This document shows positions 41,032 through 49,806 of a stretch of 64,000 bases of DNA, one piece after another; position 1 is the first letter of the stretch, and the number at the start of each line of letters is the position of its first letter. The notes beneath the pieces are model-generated. The model made no database searches and had not been told where the DNA came from. It worked only from the letters and a program-made list of their open reading frames with translations. Made by a program: the position numbers and the translations under genes. Source of the stretch: Trueperaceae bacterium (GTDB lineage Bacteria; Deinococcota; Deinococci; Deinococcales; Trueperaceae); NCBI GenBank assembly GCA_965215565.1, contig CBDCDZ010000004.1, forward strand, positions 96,001 to 160,000. The letters run 5' to 3'.

Positions 41032-42783
41032 ATGACGTTCACGCCTCGAGACGAAACGACGCTGAATAACATCGCGGCGGTGACGCGCCAGTTGGGGCGG
41101 CTCGAGGCGCAGCTCGTCACCTACGTGCAGGCGCTAGGCCACGTCGGGGGCGAGCAAGCGACGCTCGTCAGCAACACCCTGGAGGAGTTGCGGCTCACCT
41201 ACGAGGAGCTGCGCAGCCACAACGAGTCGCTCTCCAGCGTGCAGCGCAGTCTGCGCGAAGAGCGCCAGAGCTACCAAGACCTCGTCGAGTTTGCGAGCGA
41301 AGGGCTCGTCGTCACCGATCCGGCGGGCGTCATCCGCGAGGTCAACCAGGCGAGCGTTCAACTCCTCGGGATCGAGCGGCGCTCGCTGGTAGGGCGGCCC
41401 CTGCTGGCCTATCTGCGCTCCCCGGCGGGGCGCGAACTCGCCTGGACGGAGCTGCGCGAGCGCGTGGCGGCGCTCGGGCCCGGCGAGCAGATACGCTGGG
41501 AGGGACGGCTGGGCGCGTGGCGCGAGGTCGAGCCGGAGGTCGCCGTCACGGTGGCGCGTATCGCCCGGCCGGACGCGGCTGAGGTCAGCGGGCTGCACTG
41601 GTCGCTGCGCGACATCAGCGCCCAGAAGCGGAGCGAGGCGGCGGCGCGGCGGCGTCTGCTCGAGTTGGAGGCGCTCTACGCCGCCGCCCCCATCGGACTC
41701 AGCTACTTAGACCGCGAACTGCGCTACTTGCGCGTGAACGAACGGATGGCCGCTATGAACGGTTTCGCGGCTGCCGAGCACCTCGGCAAGCACGGTCCCG
41801 AGTTGATGCCCAGCCTCGAAGAGACGCTCGCGCCTACGCTGCGCGAGGTTTTAGCGCGCGGCGAGCCCCGCTTGAACTTTGAGGTCAGCGGCGAGACGCC
41901 CGCCCACCCCGGCGAGGTGCGCCACTGGCAGGTCAGCCACTACCCGGTCAGGTGCGTTGACGATGAGGTCATCGGCGTCGGCTCGGTGGCGCTCGACATC
42001 ACCGAGCGCGTGCGCTCAGAAGAGGTTGTGCGGGCGCTCAACGAAACCTTGGAGGCGCGCGTCCAGGAACGCACCGAAGAACTGCTGGACGCGAACAAGG
42101 CGCTGCGCCGCAGCGAGTGGCGCTTCTACCAAGCCTTTCACGCCGGGCCGGTGGCGGCCTGCTTGACCACCCTGGGGGAAGACCGCTTTTTAGAGGTGAA
42201 CCGCTCGTTCGAAACGCTGACGGGCTACGCCCCGGACGAGGTCGTCGGCTACACCGCCGAGGAACTCGGCATGTGGTCGTCGGCGGAAGACCGGGCGAAG
42301 CTGGCGCGGGCGCAGGAGGCGGACGAGGGGTTTTACGACCTCGAGCTGAGCCTGCGTACCAGAGCGGGCGACGTGCGCACCGTGCTCCTCTCCGGCGAGG
42401 TCATCCAGCTCGATGGCAACGCCGCGCAGCTCAAGTTTTTCTTTGACATCACCGAGCGCAAGCGCGGCGAGCGAGAACTGCTCGCCGCCATCGAAAGCAC
42501 CCTGCAAGACGCCTTCTGGTTCAGCCACCGGGTCATCGAGAAGCTCGCCCAGATTCGCTCGGGCGACCTCGATCAGACCGAGATAGCCGCGCTGACGCCC
42601 CGCGAGCAGCAGGTGCTCGTACTCGTCGCCAAGGGGCTGAGCAACGTCCAGATCGCCGCTGATCTCGGCTTAGCGCCGCAGACGGTGCGCAACTACCTCG
42701 CGACGCTCTATGACAAAGTCGGTGTTCATTCTCGCGCCGAAGTCATCGTGTGGGCGCGGGAGCGCGGCTTGGTCGGACCTTGA
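41032..42783 (+). CDS. Multi-PAS LuxR-family transcriptional regulator
   Basis: Three PAS/PAC repeats (DIS/DITER) and LTPREQQVL...GLSN..IA..L HTH. Confidence 0.88.
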   Translation: MTFTPRDETTLNNIAAVTRQLGRLEAQLVTYVQALGHVGGEQATLVSNTLEELRLTYEELRSHNESLSSVQRSLREERQSYQDLVEFASEGLVVTDPAGVIREVNQASVQLLGIERRSLVGRPLLAYLRSPAGRELAWTELRERVAALGPGEQIRWEGRLGAWREVEPEVAVTVARIARPDAAEVSGLHWSLRDISAQKRSEAAARRRLLELEALYAAAPIGLSYLDRELRYLRVNERMAAMNGFAAAEHLGKHGPELMPSLEETLAPTLREVLARGEPRLNFEVSGETPAHPGEVRHWQVSHYPVRCVDDEVIGVGSVALDITERVRSEEVVRALNETLEARVQERTEELLDANKALRRSEWRFYQAFHAGPVAACLTTLGEDRFLEVNRSFETLTGYAPDEVVGYTAEELGMWSSAEDRAKLARAQEADEGFYDLELSLRTRAGDVRTVLLSGEVIQLDGNAAQLKFFFDITERKRGERELLAAIESTLQDAFWFSHRVIEKLAQIRSGDLDQTEIAALTPREQQVLVLVAKGLSNVQIAADLGLAPQTVRNYLATLYDKVGVHSRAEVIVWARERGLVGP

Positions 42784-42802
42784 CCCGCGAGCCTGGTTAA
42801 AT

Positions 42803-42936
42803 TAGCACTTCCAAAATATACTGAGACAGACGAATGCAGACATCATCTCATAATGTGCGTGCTAAACACCACTTATTATAGTAAGAGTGTTTCAGACCAG
42901 TTCTGAGCTTTGCGAGACAGACTTTGATACCTACTA
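42803..42936 (-). mobile_element. MITE-like family A copy
   Basis: Carries GAGCTTTGCGAGACAGACTT insert shared with 33054 copy. Confidence 0.75.
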
Positions 42937-43116
42937 AATGTACTAACCGCTTTGGTACATCTATCTCTACCTTTTTGGGTGGAGGATGCGTTTTAATGCT
43001 GGGGGACGGGCTAACGGTCTCTCTGCCGGGGGGTAGAAGCGAGATGGGTTGCTCCTATGCACCCATCTTTTTTACGCCGCAGGAGAGGCACCTCTGCACG
43101 TCACGGGAGGCAGCCT

Positions 43117-44076
43117 TTGACGCAGCACGCAGCGAATACACCTGAACATCAGTGGGGCGGACCAGACAACCCCACCCCAATTTCTCTCGCCACCGTGCTG
43201 GGTGAGCCCGCGCTGCTCAGCCGAGCCGCGCTCGACGCGCTCGAGCAGCCCCTCGTGGTGGTGGACAAGCAGGGGACGCTCAGGGCGACCAACTGGGCCT
43301 GGCGGCGCTTTCGCCGCGCGCTGGGTCACCCCGCCGACGCCCTCGTCGGCAGGTCGTTTGCGGAGATGTGCTTGCAGGACGCGGCCGCGAACGACGGGGC
43401 GAACCGCGAGGACGCCTCGTCGCTCTACGCCGGGCTCGTGGCGGTTCTATCAAACCGCTTGGCGCGGTGCTCGCTCGAGCTGACCTACGCCGGGCGCACC
43501 TTTGCGGTCACCCTCACGCCGCTGCCGGACGCGGCTGGGGCCGTGATCGCGTACTTCGAGATTACCGAGCGCAAAAACTACGAGGCGCGTATTGAGCGTC
43601 TCGCGAACCACGACCCCTTGACCGGGCTCTTCAACCGGCGCTTCTTCACCCTAGAAGCGGAAAAAATCCTGGCGTTGGCTCAGCGTGAAGAGGGCGGTTT
43701 CGCCCTGCTCTTCCTCGACTTAGACCGCTTCAAAAGGGTCAACGACGGCTTCGGTCACGTTTTTGGAGACGCGCTTTTAGGCGAGGTTGCGAAGCGGCTA
43801 AGCGCGTGTACACGCGCGAGCGACCTCTTAGCGCGGCTCTCGGGCGACGAGTTCGTGGTGCTTTTACAGCACGTCTCGCCTCGTGACATGCAAAAGGCAG
43901 TGACGCGCTATCAGGCGTGCTTCGCGCGTCCTTTCGTGGTGCGGGGGGAAGAGGTCGGGCTCGCGGGGAGTTTCGGCGCAGCCCACTATCCCGGCGACGG
44001 CAGTACCTTGGCTGACTTACTGGATCAAGCTGACCGGAGGATGTATAGGGCGAAAAGGGCGGATGGTCGAGGGTGA
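43117..44076 (+). CDS. PAS-GGDEF protein (SGDEF variant)
   Basis: HDPLTGLFNRR, DLDRFKRVND, RASD I-site, LSGDEF, ADRRMY. Confidence 0.9.
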   Translation: MTQHAANTPEHQWGGPDNPTPISLATVLGEPALLSRAALDALEQPLVVVDKQGTLRATNWAWRRFRRALGHPADALVGRSFAEMCLQDAAANDGANREDASSLYAGLVAVLSNRLARCSLELTYAGRTFAVTLTPLPDAAGAVIAYFEITERKNYEARIERLANHDPLTGLFNRRFFTLEAEKILALAQREEGGFALLFLDLDRFKRVNDGFGHVFGDALLGEVAKRLSACTRASDLLARLSGDEFVVLLQHVSPRDMQKAVTRYQACFARPFVVRGEEVGLAGSFGAAHYPGDGSTLADLLDQADRRMYRAKRADGRG

Positions 44077-44360
44077 ACAGCGCCCCAACACAGAGCCTAC
44101 CTAAGCGCGTGCTCCGCGACGCGCACATCGCCGCCCTGACGCGGACCTTTCGGCGGCTGGATGACCTCTTGGGTGACCTCCGCGCGCTTGCCGGCGAAGC
44201 TGTCTACCGGGACGCCGCGCAGAGCGTCGCGTTGTTCAAAGAGGGGGCAGCGGCGGCCTACCTCGACCTCGCCGAACTCACGGTGCTAAGAGATGAGGTC
44301 GAGCGCTTTACAGTTGCGCTCGCCCGCAAGGTGGAGGCGCGGCGCGGGCGGGTCAACTAA
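44073..44360 (+). CDS. Hypothetical protein
   Basis: GTGA overlap with upstream gene, genome-like codon usage. Confidence 0.55.
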   Translation: MNSAPTQSLPKRVLRDAHIAALTRTFRRLDDLLGDLRALAGEAVYRDAAQSVALFKEGAAAAYLDLAELTVLRDEVERFTVALARKVEARRGRVN

Positions 44361-44622
44361 GGCGCGTTGCGCGTTAGGGGGGATCATGTAATTAGTCAAT
44401 GTGTTGAAATAGGGTAGATAGTGGGGCTGCTCGAGACTATAGTCACTCTATCTCCGAAGCTTCAAGCCCACGCCACCCAGCTAGAAACCACCAGGCCAGC
44501 CAGAAACCATCAGGGAAGAAGCCTTCACGCCGCCCCTCAAACTACTCGTCCTGTCAATATGGACAGTAGAGGTGCGGTTGAACGCCCAACTCAAAGCTGT
44601 CCAATAGCGAAAGGAAGATTTT

Positions 44623-44829
44623 ATGTCCGTTATCAAGGTAATCGAAGTATTAGCCCAGTCCCCCGACAGTTTCGACGACGCGGTTAAAGAGGCGCTTAAA
44701 GAGGCGTCTAAGTCGGTGCAGGGCATCCAGAACATCTATGTCAAGGAGATGCAAGCGGTGGTCGAGAACGACCAAATCACGATGTACCGCGTCAACGCTA
44801 AGGTCTCGTTCGCGGTGGGCGAGGCCTGA
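44623..44829 (+). CDS. Dodecin-family flavin-binding protein
   Basis: KVIEVLAQSPDSFDDAV...YRVNAKVSF. Confidence 0.9.
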   Translation: MSVIKVIEVLAQSPDSFDDAVKEALKEASKSVQGIQNIYVKEMQAVVENDQITMYRVNAKVSFAVGEA

Positions 44830-44837
44830 TCTCGAGC

Positions 44838-44876
44838 GAGCGGAGGATGTCAACGTATGACATCCTCCGCTTATTT
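44838..44876 (+). terminator. Hairpin terminator
   Basis: AGCGGAGGATGTCA-ACGTA-TGACATCCTCCGCT followed by T-rich tail. Confidence 0.65.
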
Positions 44877-44941
44877 TGACCGTTGGCTCAAAGAGGATTG
44901 ACGTGAGCGACGTAATTTCAGTATAGGTGTGGTGGCGTACG

Positions 44942-45589
44942 GTGTTTGAAGACCGACACGGCGCGGGGCGCGAGTTGGCGGCAGCGCTCGGAGACTACGG
45001 CGCAGACACGCTAGTTCTAGCGTTGCCGCGAGGCGGTGTGCCTGTCGCTTTTGAGATTGCTAAGACGCTCAGCGCATCCCTCGATGTATTCGTTGTGCGT
45101 AAACTCGGGGTGCCAGGCCGCGAGGAGTTGGCTTTAGGCGCGATTGCCACGGGCGGCGTGCAAGTACGCAACGAAGACCTCATCGCGAGGTTGGGTTTGA
45201 CCGAAGCGGCGATTGGGGCGGTCACCGAGCGCGAGCGGCTCGAGCTGGCGCGGCGCGAAGACCTCTACCGAGGCGAGCGCGGTTCCCTCGATCTTGAAGG
45301 TCGCTCGGTCATCCTCGTTGATGACGGTTTAGCCACGGGCGCAACCATGCGGGCCGCCGTCGCCGCTTGCCGGGCGCTAAAGCCGGAGCATCTCGCCGTC
45401 GCCGCGCCGCTAGGCTCCCCGGACACCTGCGCTCAGCTCGAGCGTGAGGTTGATAAGGTCGTCTGCCTTGAGAGTCCGCAGCCTTTTCATGGAGTCGGCA
45501 GGTGGTACGCGCACTTCCCGCAGGTCACGGACGGCGAGGTCAAGGCGCTTTTAGATGAGGCCACCACCTGGTCTTTAACAAAGGAATAG
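44942..45589 (+). CDS. Phosphoribosyltransferase-family protein
   Basis: ALPRGGVPVA, ILVDDGLATGATM. Confidence 0.88.
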   Translation: MFEDRHGAGRELAAALGDYGADTLVLALPRGGVPVAFEIAKTLSASLDVFVVRKLGVPGREELALGAIATGGVQVRNEDLIARLGLTEAAIGAVTERERLELARREDLYRGERGSLDLEGRSVILVDDGLATGATMRAAVAACRALKPEHLAVAAPLGSPDTCAQLEREVDKVVCLESPQPFHGVGRWYAHFPQVTDGEVKALLDEATTWSLTKE

Positions 45590-45722
45590 AGCGGTTATTA
45601 GAAGTACTGAGCTTGAATCACGCAGATATCATTCCTTAAAGTGCGTGCTGCTTACGCAGTTTTCACACAGTGAAACGATGTTTTATCTCGTGAGATTGGC
45701 TCAAACCAGATGGTACCTGCTA
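45589..45722 (-). mobile_element. MITE-like family A copy
   Basis: ...CCAGATGGTACCTGCTA; closest to 36534 copy. Confidence 0.72.
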
Positions 45723-45742
45723 TAGAGCGTTCAGGAGGTTAT

Positions 45743-46939
45743 ATGAAGCGATTATTTACACTCACTACAGCGTTGTTGCTGACGGGCGCTTACGCTCAGA
45801 CAGGTGGACTATCAGGTGGCGTCACTGGGGGCGCACCTCCTCTAGCCGACCTGCCCGACCGCCGAGCCGTGAGCGAACCCGAAGTCGTCGCCACCTTTCC
45901 CGAGCTGATGCCCACAGGCGTCACGGCGTCCGAGGACGGGCGCGTGTTCGTCAACTTCCCGCGCTGGGAAGAGGGGGTGCCTACAACCGTCGCGGAGATC
46001 GTAGACGGCGAAGTTGTACCGTATCCCGACGCAGAGACGAACCAACTGGATGAGAGCGCACCCCTGGAGCACTTCATCTCGGTTCAGAGCGTGGTCATCG
46101 GTCCAGCGGGGCGGCTCTGGGTGCTCGACACCGGGCGGCCCCTTTTCCAGACGCCGCCCTTAGGACCTAAGCTCGTCGCTGTCGACCTAGAGACGAACGA
46201 AGTTGTCCAGACGGTCTCGCTTGCGGACAGCCCCGCTGTCTTGGACACGACTTACCTCAATGACGTGCGCTTCGACCTGCGTAAAGGTGAGGCGGGCTTA
46301 GCCTTCATTACCGACTCCTCGGGCTCTGGTCCGAACGCGATCATCGTGGTGGACTTAGCGAGCGGTGAGGCGTGGCGGCAGCTAGAAGGCCACCCTTCTG
46401 TTCAGGCCGAGCCCGACTTCTTGCCCATCGTCGAAGGGCGGGCGCTCCTCAGCAACCCGGGCGACGCGCCCGCGAGCTACCTCAGTACCGGGGCAGATGG
46501 TATCGCCATTACCCCTGACAGGCTCTTCTACCGCGCCTTAGCAAGCCGCCACCTCTACAGCGTGCCGCTGGACGCGCTTGCCGAGCGAGATATAGACCCG
46601 CAAGAGTTAGCGGGCATGGTCACGGACTACGGCGACTTGGGCTTCGCCTCGGACGGCTTAGAGTCCGACGACGCGGGCCGCATCTACCTGACCGACTTTG
46701 AAAACGGCGCGGTGCACCGCTTCACCCCGGACGCGCCCCTAGCCGAGCGCTGGGAGACGATTCTCTACACGAACCAGATCATCTGGCCGGACACTTTGGA
46801 CCTCGTGAATGGTGCCTTGTACCTCACCATCAATCAGCTCAACCGCCAGCCCAGCTATCAGAACGGCGAGGACTTGCGCCGTCCGCCCTATGTGCTCTTT
46901 CGCACGGACGTAGACGCCGCGCCCGTGCAGCTCAGATAA
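45743..46939 (+). CDS. Secreted major-royal-jelly/Yellow (L-dopachrome tautomerase-related) beta-propeller
   Basis: GRVFVNFPRW, LWVLDTG, YLNDVRFD, GADGIA, WPDT. Confidence 0.87.
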   Translation: MKRLFTLTTALLLTGAYAQTGGLSGGVTGGAPPLADLPDRRAVSEPEVVATFPELMPTGVTASEDGRVFVNFPRWEEGVPTTVAEIVDGEVVPYPDAETNQLDESAPLEHFISVQSVVIGPAGRLWVLDTGRPLFQTPPLGPKLVAVDLETNEVVQTVSLADSPAVLDTTYLNDVRFDLRKGEAGLAFITDSSGSGPNAIIVVDLASGEAWRQLEGHPSVQAEPDFLPIVEGRALLSNPGDAPASYLSTGADGIAITPDRLFYRALASRHLYSVPLDALAERDIDPQELAGMVTDYGDLGFASDGLESDDAGRIYLTDFENGAVHRFTPDAPLAERWETILYTNQIIWPDTLDLVNGALYLTINQLNRQPSYQNGEDLRRPPYVLFRTDVDAAPVQLR

Positions 46940-46942
46940 CGG

Positions 46943-48181
46943 ATGACGCTTCCCAGAGACAGCCGCCCGAACAGCACCCTAGCCCTCCTGCGCCGCCCCT
47001 ACACCTTTATCTCCGAAGGATGCGAGCGCCACCACAGCGACGTGTTCGAAACCCGCTTGCTTTTGCAGCCTTTCACCTGTATGCGCGGCAAGGAGGCCGC
47101 TAGGCTCTTCTACGACACCTCGCGCTTTAGGCGTTCAGGCGTCGCACCAGGGCGGGTGCAGAAGACGCTCTTCGGACAGGGCGGCGTGCAGGGCTTAGAC
47201 GGCGAGGTTCACAAGCGCCGCAAGGCGATGTTCATGTCGCTGATGACGCGAAAGAAGATTCAGCGGCTCGTGCAGATTACCGAGGGAGCGTGGCGCGAGG
47301 CGGCGGCGCGGTGGGAGCGGCAGGGCGAGGTCGTGCTCTTCTACGAGGTGCGCGAACTTCTGTGCTGCGCGGTGTGCACCTGGGCCGGTGTCCCCCTCCT
47401 AGAAGCCGAAGTGAAGAGAAGAACGGACGACTTCGGCGCGATGATCGACGGCGCGGGCGGGGCCGGACCGAGGCATTGGCGCGGCAGGCGGGCGCGGCAG
47501 AGGGCAAACCGGTGGATTGAAGGGATTATCGCCGAGGTGCGCGCTCGCAGGCTCGAGCCCCCCAAAGGCAGCGCCCTCGCCGTCGTCAGTTGGCACCGCG
47601 ACCTGAGCGGGGCGTTGCTAGAAGGGCGTGTGGCAGCGGTTGAACTCATCAACGTGCTGCGGCCCGTCGTCGCGGTGGACCGCTACATCGCGTTCACGGC
47701 GCTGGCGCTCTTTGAACACCCAGGGAGCTGGGTGAGGCTGAGGACCGAGGCGGACGGCCTCGAGTTCGTCCAGGAGGTGCGCCGCGTCTACCCCTTTTTT
47801 CCCTTTGTCGCCGCGCAGGTAAAGCGCGACTTCGAGTGGCGGGGCTACCCCTTTCCTGCAGGGCGCAAGGTGCTCCTTGACCTCTACAGTACCAACCGCG
47901 ACCCTCGCGTGTGGCGGGAGCCAGAGGCGTTCCAGCCCGAACGCTTCCGCACGTGGGACGGGAGCGCTTACAACTTCATCCCGCAAGGCGGCGGCGATCA
48001 CTTCGAAAACCACCGCTGCGCTGGAGAGTGGATCACGATTGCCCTTATGAAAGGGGCGCTAGACTTCTTGACCGGGTCGCTGCGCTACACCGTGCCGGAG
48101 CAGGACTTGAGCGTCAACTTGTCGAGACTGCCCGCCGTGCCGACGAGCCGCTTCGTCATCCGCGAGGTGCGGCGGGTTTAA
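46943..48181 (+). CDS. Cytochrome P450, CYP152 (fatty-acid peroxygenase) family
   Basis: LINVLRP (Arg-Pro), EVRRVYPFFP, HRCAGEWIT. Confidence 0.9.
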   Translation: MTLPRDSRPNSTLALLRRPYTFISEGCERHHSDVFETRLLLQPFTCMRGKEAARLFYDTSRFRRSGVAPGRVQKTLFGQGGVQGLDGEVHKRRKAMFMSLMTRKKIQRLVQITEGAWREAAARWERQGEVVLFYEVRELLCCAVCTWAGVPLLEAEVKRRTDDFGAMIDGAGGAGPRHWRGRRARQRANRWIEGIIAEVRARRLEPPKGSALAVVSWHRDLSGALLEGRVAAVELINVLRPVVAVDRYIAFTALALFEHPGSWVRLRTEADGLEFVQEVRRVYPFFPFVAAQVKRDFEWRGYPFPAGRKVLLDLYSTNRDPRVWREPEAFQPERFRTWDGSAYNFIPQGGGDHFENHRCAGEWITIALMKGALDFLTGSLRYTVPEQDLSVNLSRLPAVPTSRFVIREVRRV

Positions 48182-48183
48182 TA

Positions 48184-48294
48184 TAGCAGGTATCATCTGG
48201 TCAGAAACACGCTCACTATAGAAAACACTGTTTAGCACGCACGTTCAGGGATGATGCCTGCGGCACTTCGTCTTAGTATGTCGTGGAATTGCTA
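48184..48294 (+). mobile_element. MITE-like family A, minimal copy
   Basis: 111 bp, colinear with 957-1067. Confidence 0.8.
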
Positions 48295-48327
48295 ACCCAT
48301 GTATTCAGTACTTAAAGGGGGCTAAAG

Positions 48328-48705
48328 ATGACAAAACCGTTAGGACATAAACGTTGGGCCATCGCCGAGGGCTACATCCCGAGCTGGAGCCACGGCCCGG
48401 AGCCGGAACTGGCGAGCCACGAGACTGCGTGTTTGCTCAATACCTCGGACAAGGAGGCGCACGTCGAGATCACGCTCTACTTCGCGGAGCGCGAGCCTGT
48501 CGGTCCCTACCGCGTCACCGTGCCGCCGAGACGCACCTTGCACTTGCGCTTGGATGAACTGGGGGACCCCGAACCCGTGCCGAGAGACACCGACTACGCG
48601 AGCGTTTTAGAGTCGGACGTGCCCGTCGTGGTGCAGCATAGCCGCCTCGACTCCCGTCAGGCCGAGAACGCCCTGCTTTCGACAGTGGCGTACAGCGAAG
48701 GTTGA
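48328..48705 (+). CDS. Sensory rhodopsin transducer (ASRT) family protein
   Basis: WAIAEGYIP, SHETACLLN, VVVQHSRLDSRQAENALL. Confidence 0.9.
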   Translation: MTKPLGHKRWAIAEGYIPSWSHGPEPELASHETACLLNTSDKEAHVEITLYFAEREPVGPYRVTVPPRRTLHLRLDELGDPEPVPRDTDYASVLESDVPVVVQHSRLDSRQAENALLSTVAYSEG

Positions 48706-48722
48706 GCAGTCACGACTGAGTA

Positions 48723-49021
48723 ATATGGATTCCGGTTGATTACTGCATAAACTCCGTTATGAAATTTTGCTTCCAGCAAACGCTTCGCGCTTCTACGGAG
48801 ACGGAGTTGATTCCGTGCTCACCGGAATCCGTACTTTTTCATCTCGCAAGAGAGTCCTCAGCGAGAGGTATCGTTACGGGCAGGCCGCCCTGCCGTTGCA
48901 TCTTTCAATCTACGCGCGTAGATAACGGCTCAGTGTGCAGTCGCGTGGACCGCTCCCGCTAGCTGCTGAGGACTCTTCTCCGCTCGGGGTAATTCCTACG
49001 GGAATTACCCGGAAACCGTAT
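48723..49021 (+). repeat. Structured repeat family B copy 2
   Basis: ATATGGATTCCGG...GGTAATTCCTACGGGAATTACCCGGAAACCGTAT. Confidence 0.75.
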
Positions 49022-49024
49022 AAA

Positions 49025-49051
49025 GCGCCCCGAACTCCGAGTTCGGGGCGC
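49025..49051. terminator. Hairpin between convergent genes
   Basis: GCGCCCCGAACTC-C-GAGTTCGGGGCGC. Confidence 0.6.
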
Positions 49052-49098
49052 AAGGCGTTGGCAGTGCGAACGAACGCTATCTGCCGTGGTTTGGACGA

Positions 49099-49581
49099 CT
49101 ACTCGTCGTAGGTCGCCGCCCTTGACTCGTCCTTGGTGTCGGGCCGGTCCCCTTCAACGAAGTTCTTGATGGACTCTAAAGCCGAGACCAGTCCCTCTTG
49201 CACGTCGTCGCGGTCGGGCGCGTTCTCCGAGGTGTTGTCACCCGGCGGATCGCCCTCTCCGTGAGGGGGTGCGCCCGTAAAGGTGAGGTGCACCGTCACG
49301 TCCGAGCCGCTCCCGTTCTCCGCAATCTCCAGCCAGCCCGTATAGTAGCCTTCGTCCGCGCCCCACTCGAGCCTATAGTTGTCCCGGTCCTCCCGAAAGT
49401 AGCCCTCCGAGTCGTACTCGTGCCCCTGCGCCTCGCCTTTGACCTCAACGCGCTCGCCCTGGCTGGGCTCGGCGCTGTGGGTGGTCGGCAGGTACTTGGG
49501 CAGGTTGCGCACGTCTGCAACGAAGTCCCAGACGCTCTCTGGTGACGCCTCTACGTTGGTGGTGTGTTCAAATTCGCTCAT
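49099..49581 (-). CDS. SRPBCC-family protein
   Basis: VEASPESVWDFVADVRNLPKYLP; C-terminal helix LESIKNFVEG. Confidence 0.82.
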   Translation of the reverse strand: MSEFEHTTNVEASPESVWDFVADVRNLPKYLPTTHSAEPSQGERVEVKGEAQGHEYDSEGYFREDRDNYRLEWGADEGYYTGWLEIAENGSGSDVTVHLTFTGAPPHGEGDPPGDNTSENAPDRDDVQEGLVSALESIKNFVEGDRPDTKDESRAATYDE

Positions 49582-49806
49582 GCTACCCCTCCAACGCCAA
49601 CGTAGACCCTCTAGGAAGAATCATTATGATTCGCGCCTACAGTCTCTACGCAGGTCTCTGCGCAGGTTTTTGCGCAGCGGCTCACTATAAGACCTTGCGC
49701 GGCGTCGCACTTTCCTAGTCTCGGCTGGGTTTAGAGTGGGCGTAGCGGCGCGCAGGGTTTGTGTTTTTTGCAGGGTCTCATTTTTTGCAGGGTCTCGGGG
49801 GAGCAT

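Noticed and set aside
36714..42536. Numerous long antisense and alternate-frame ORFs
   Set aside because: Shadow ORFs expected in GC-rich genes; Arg/Ala/Ser-rich, with no motifs
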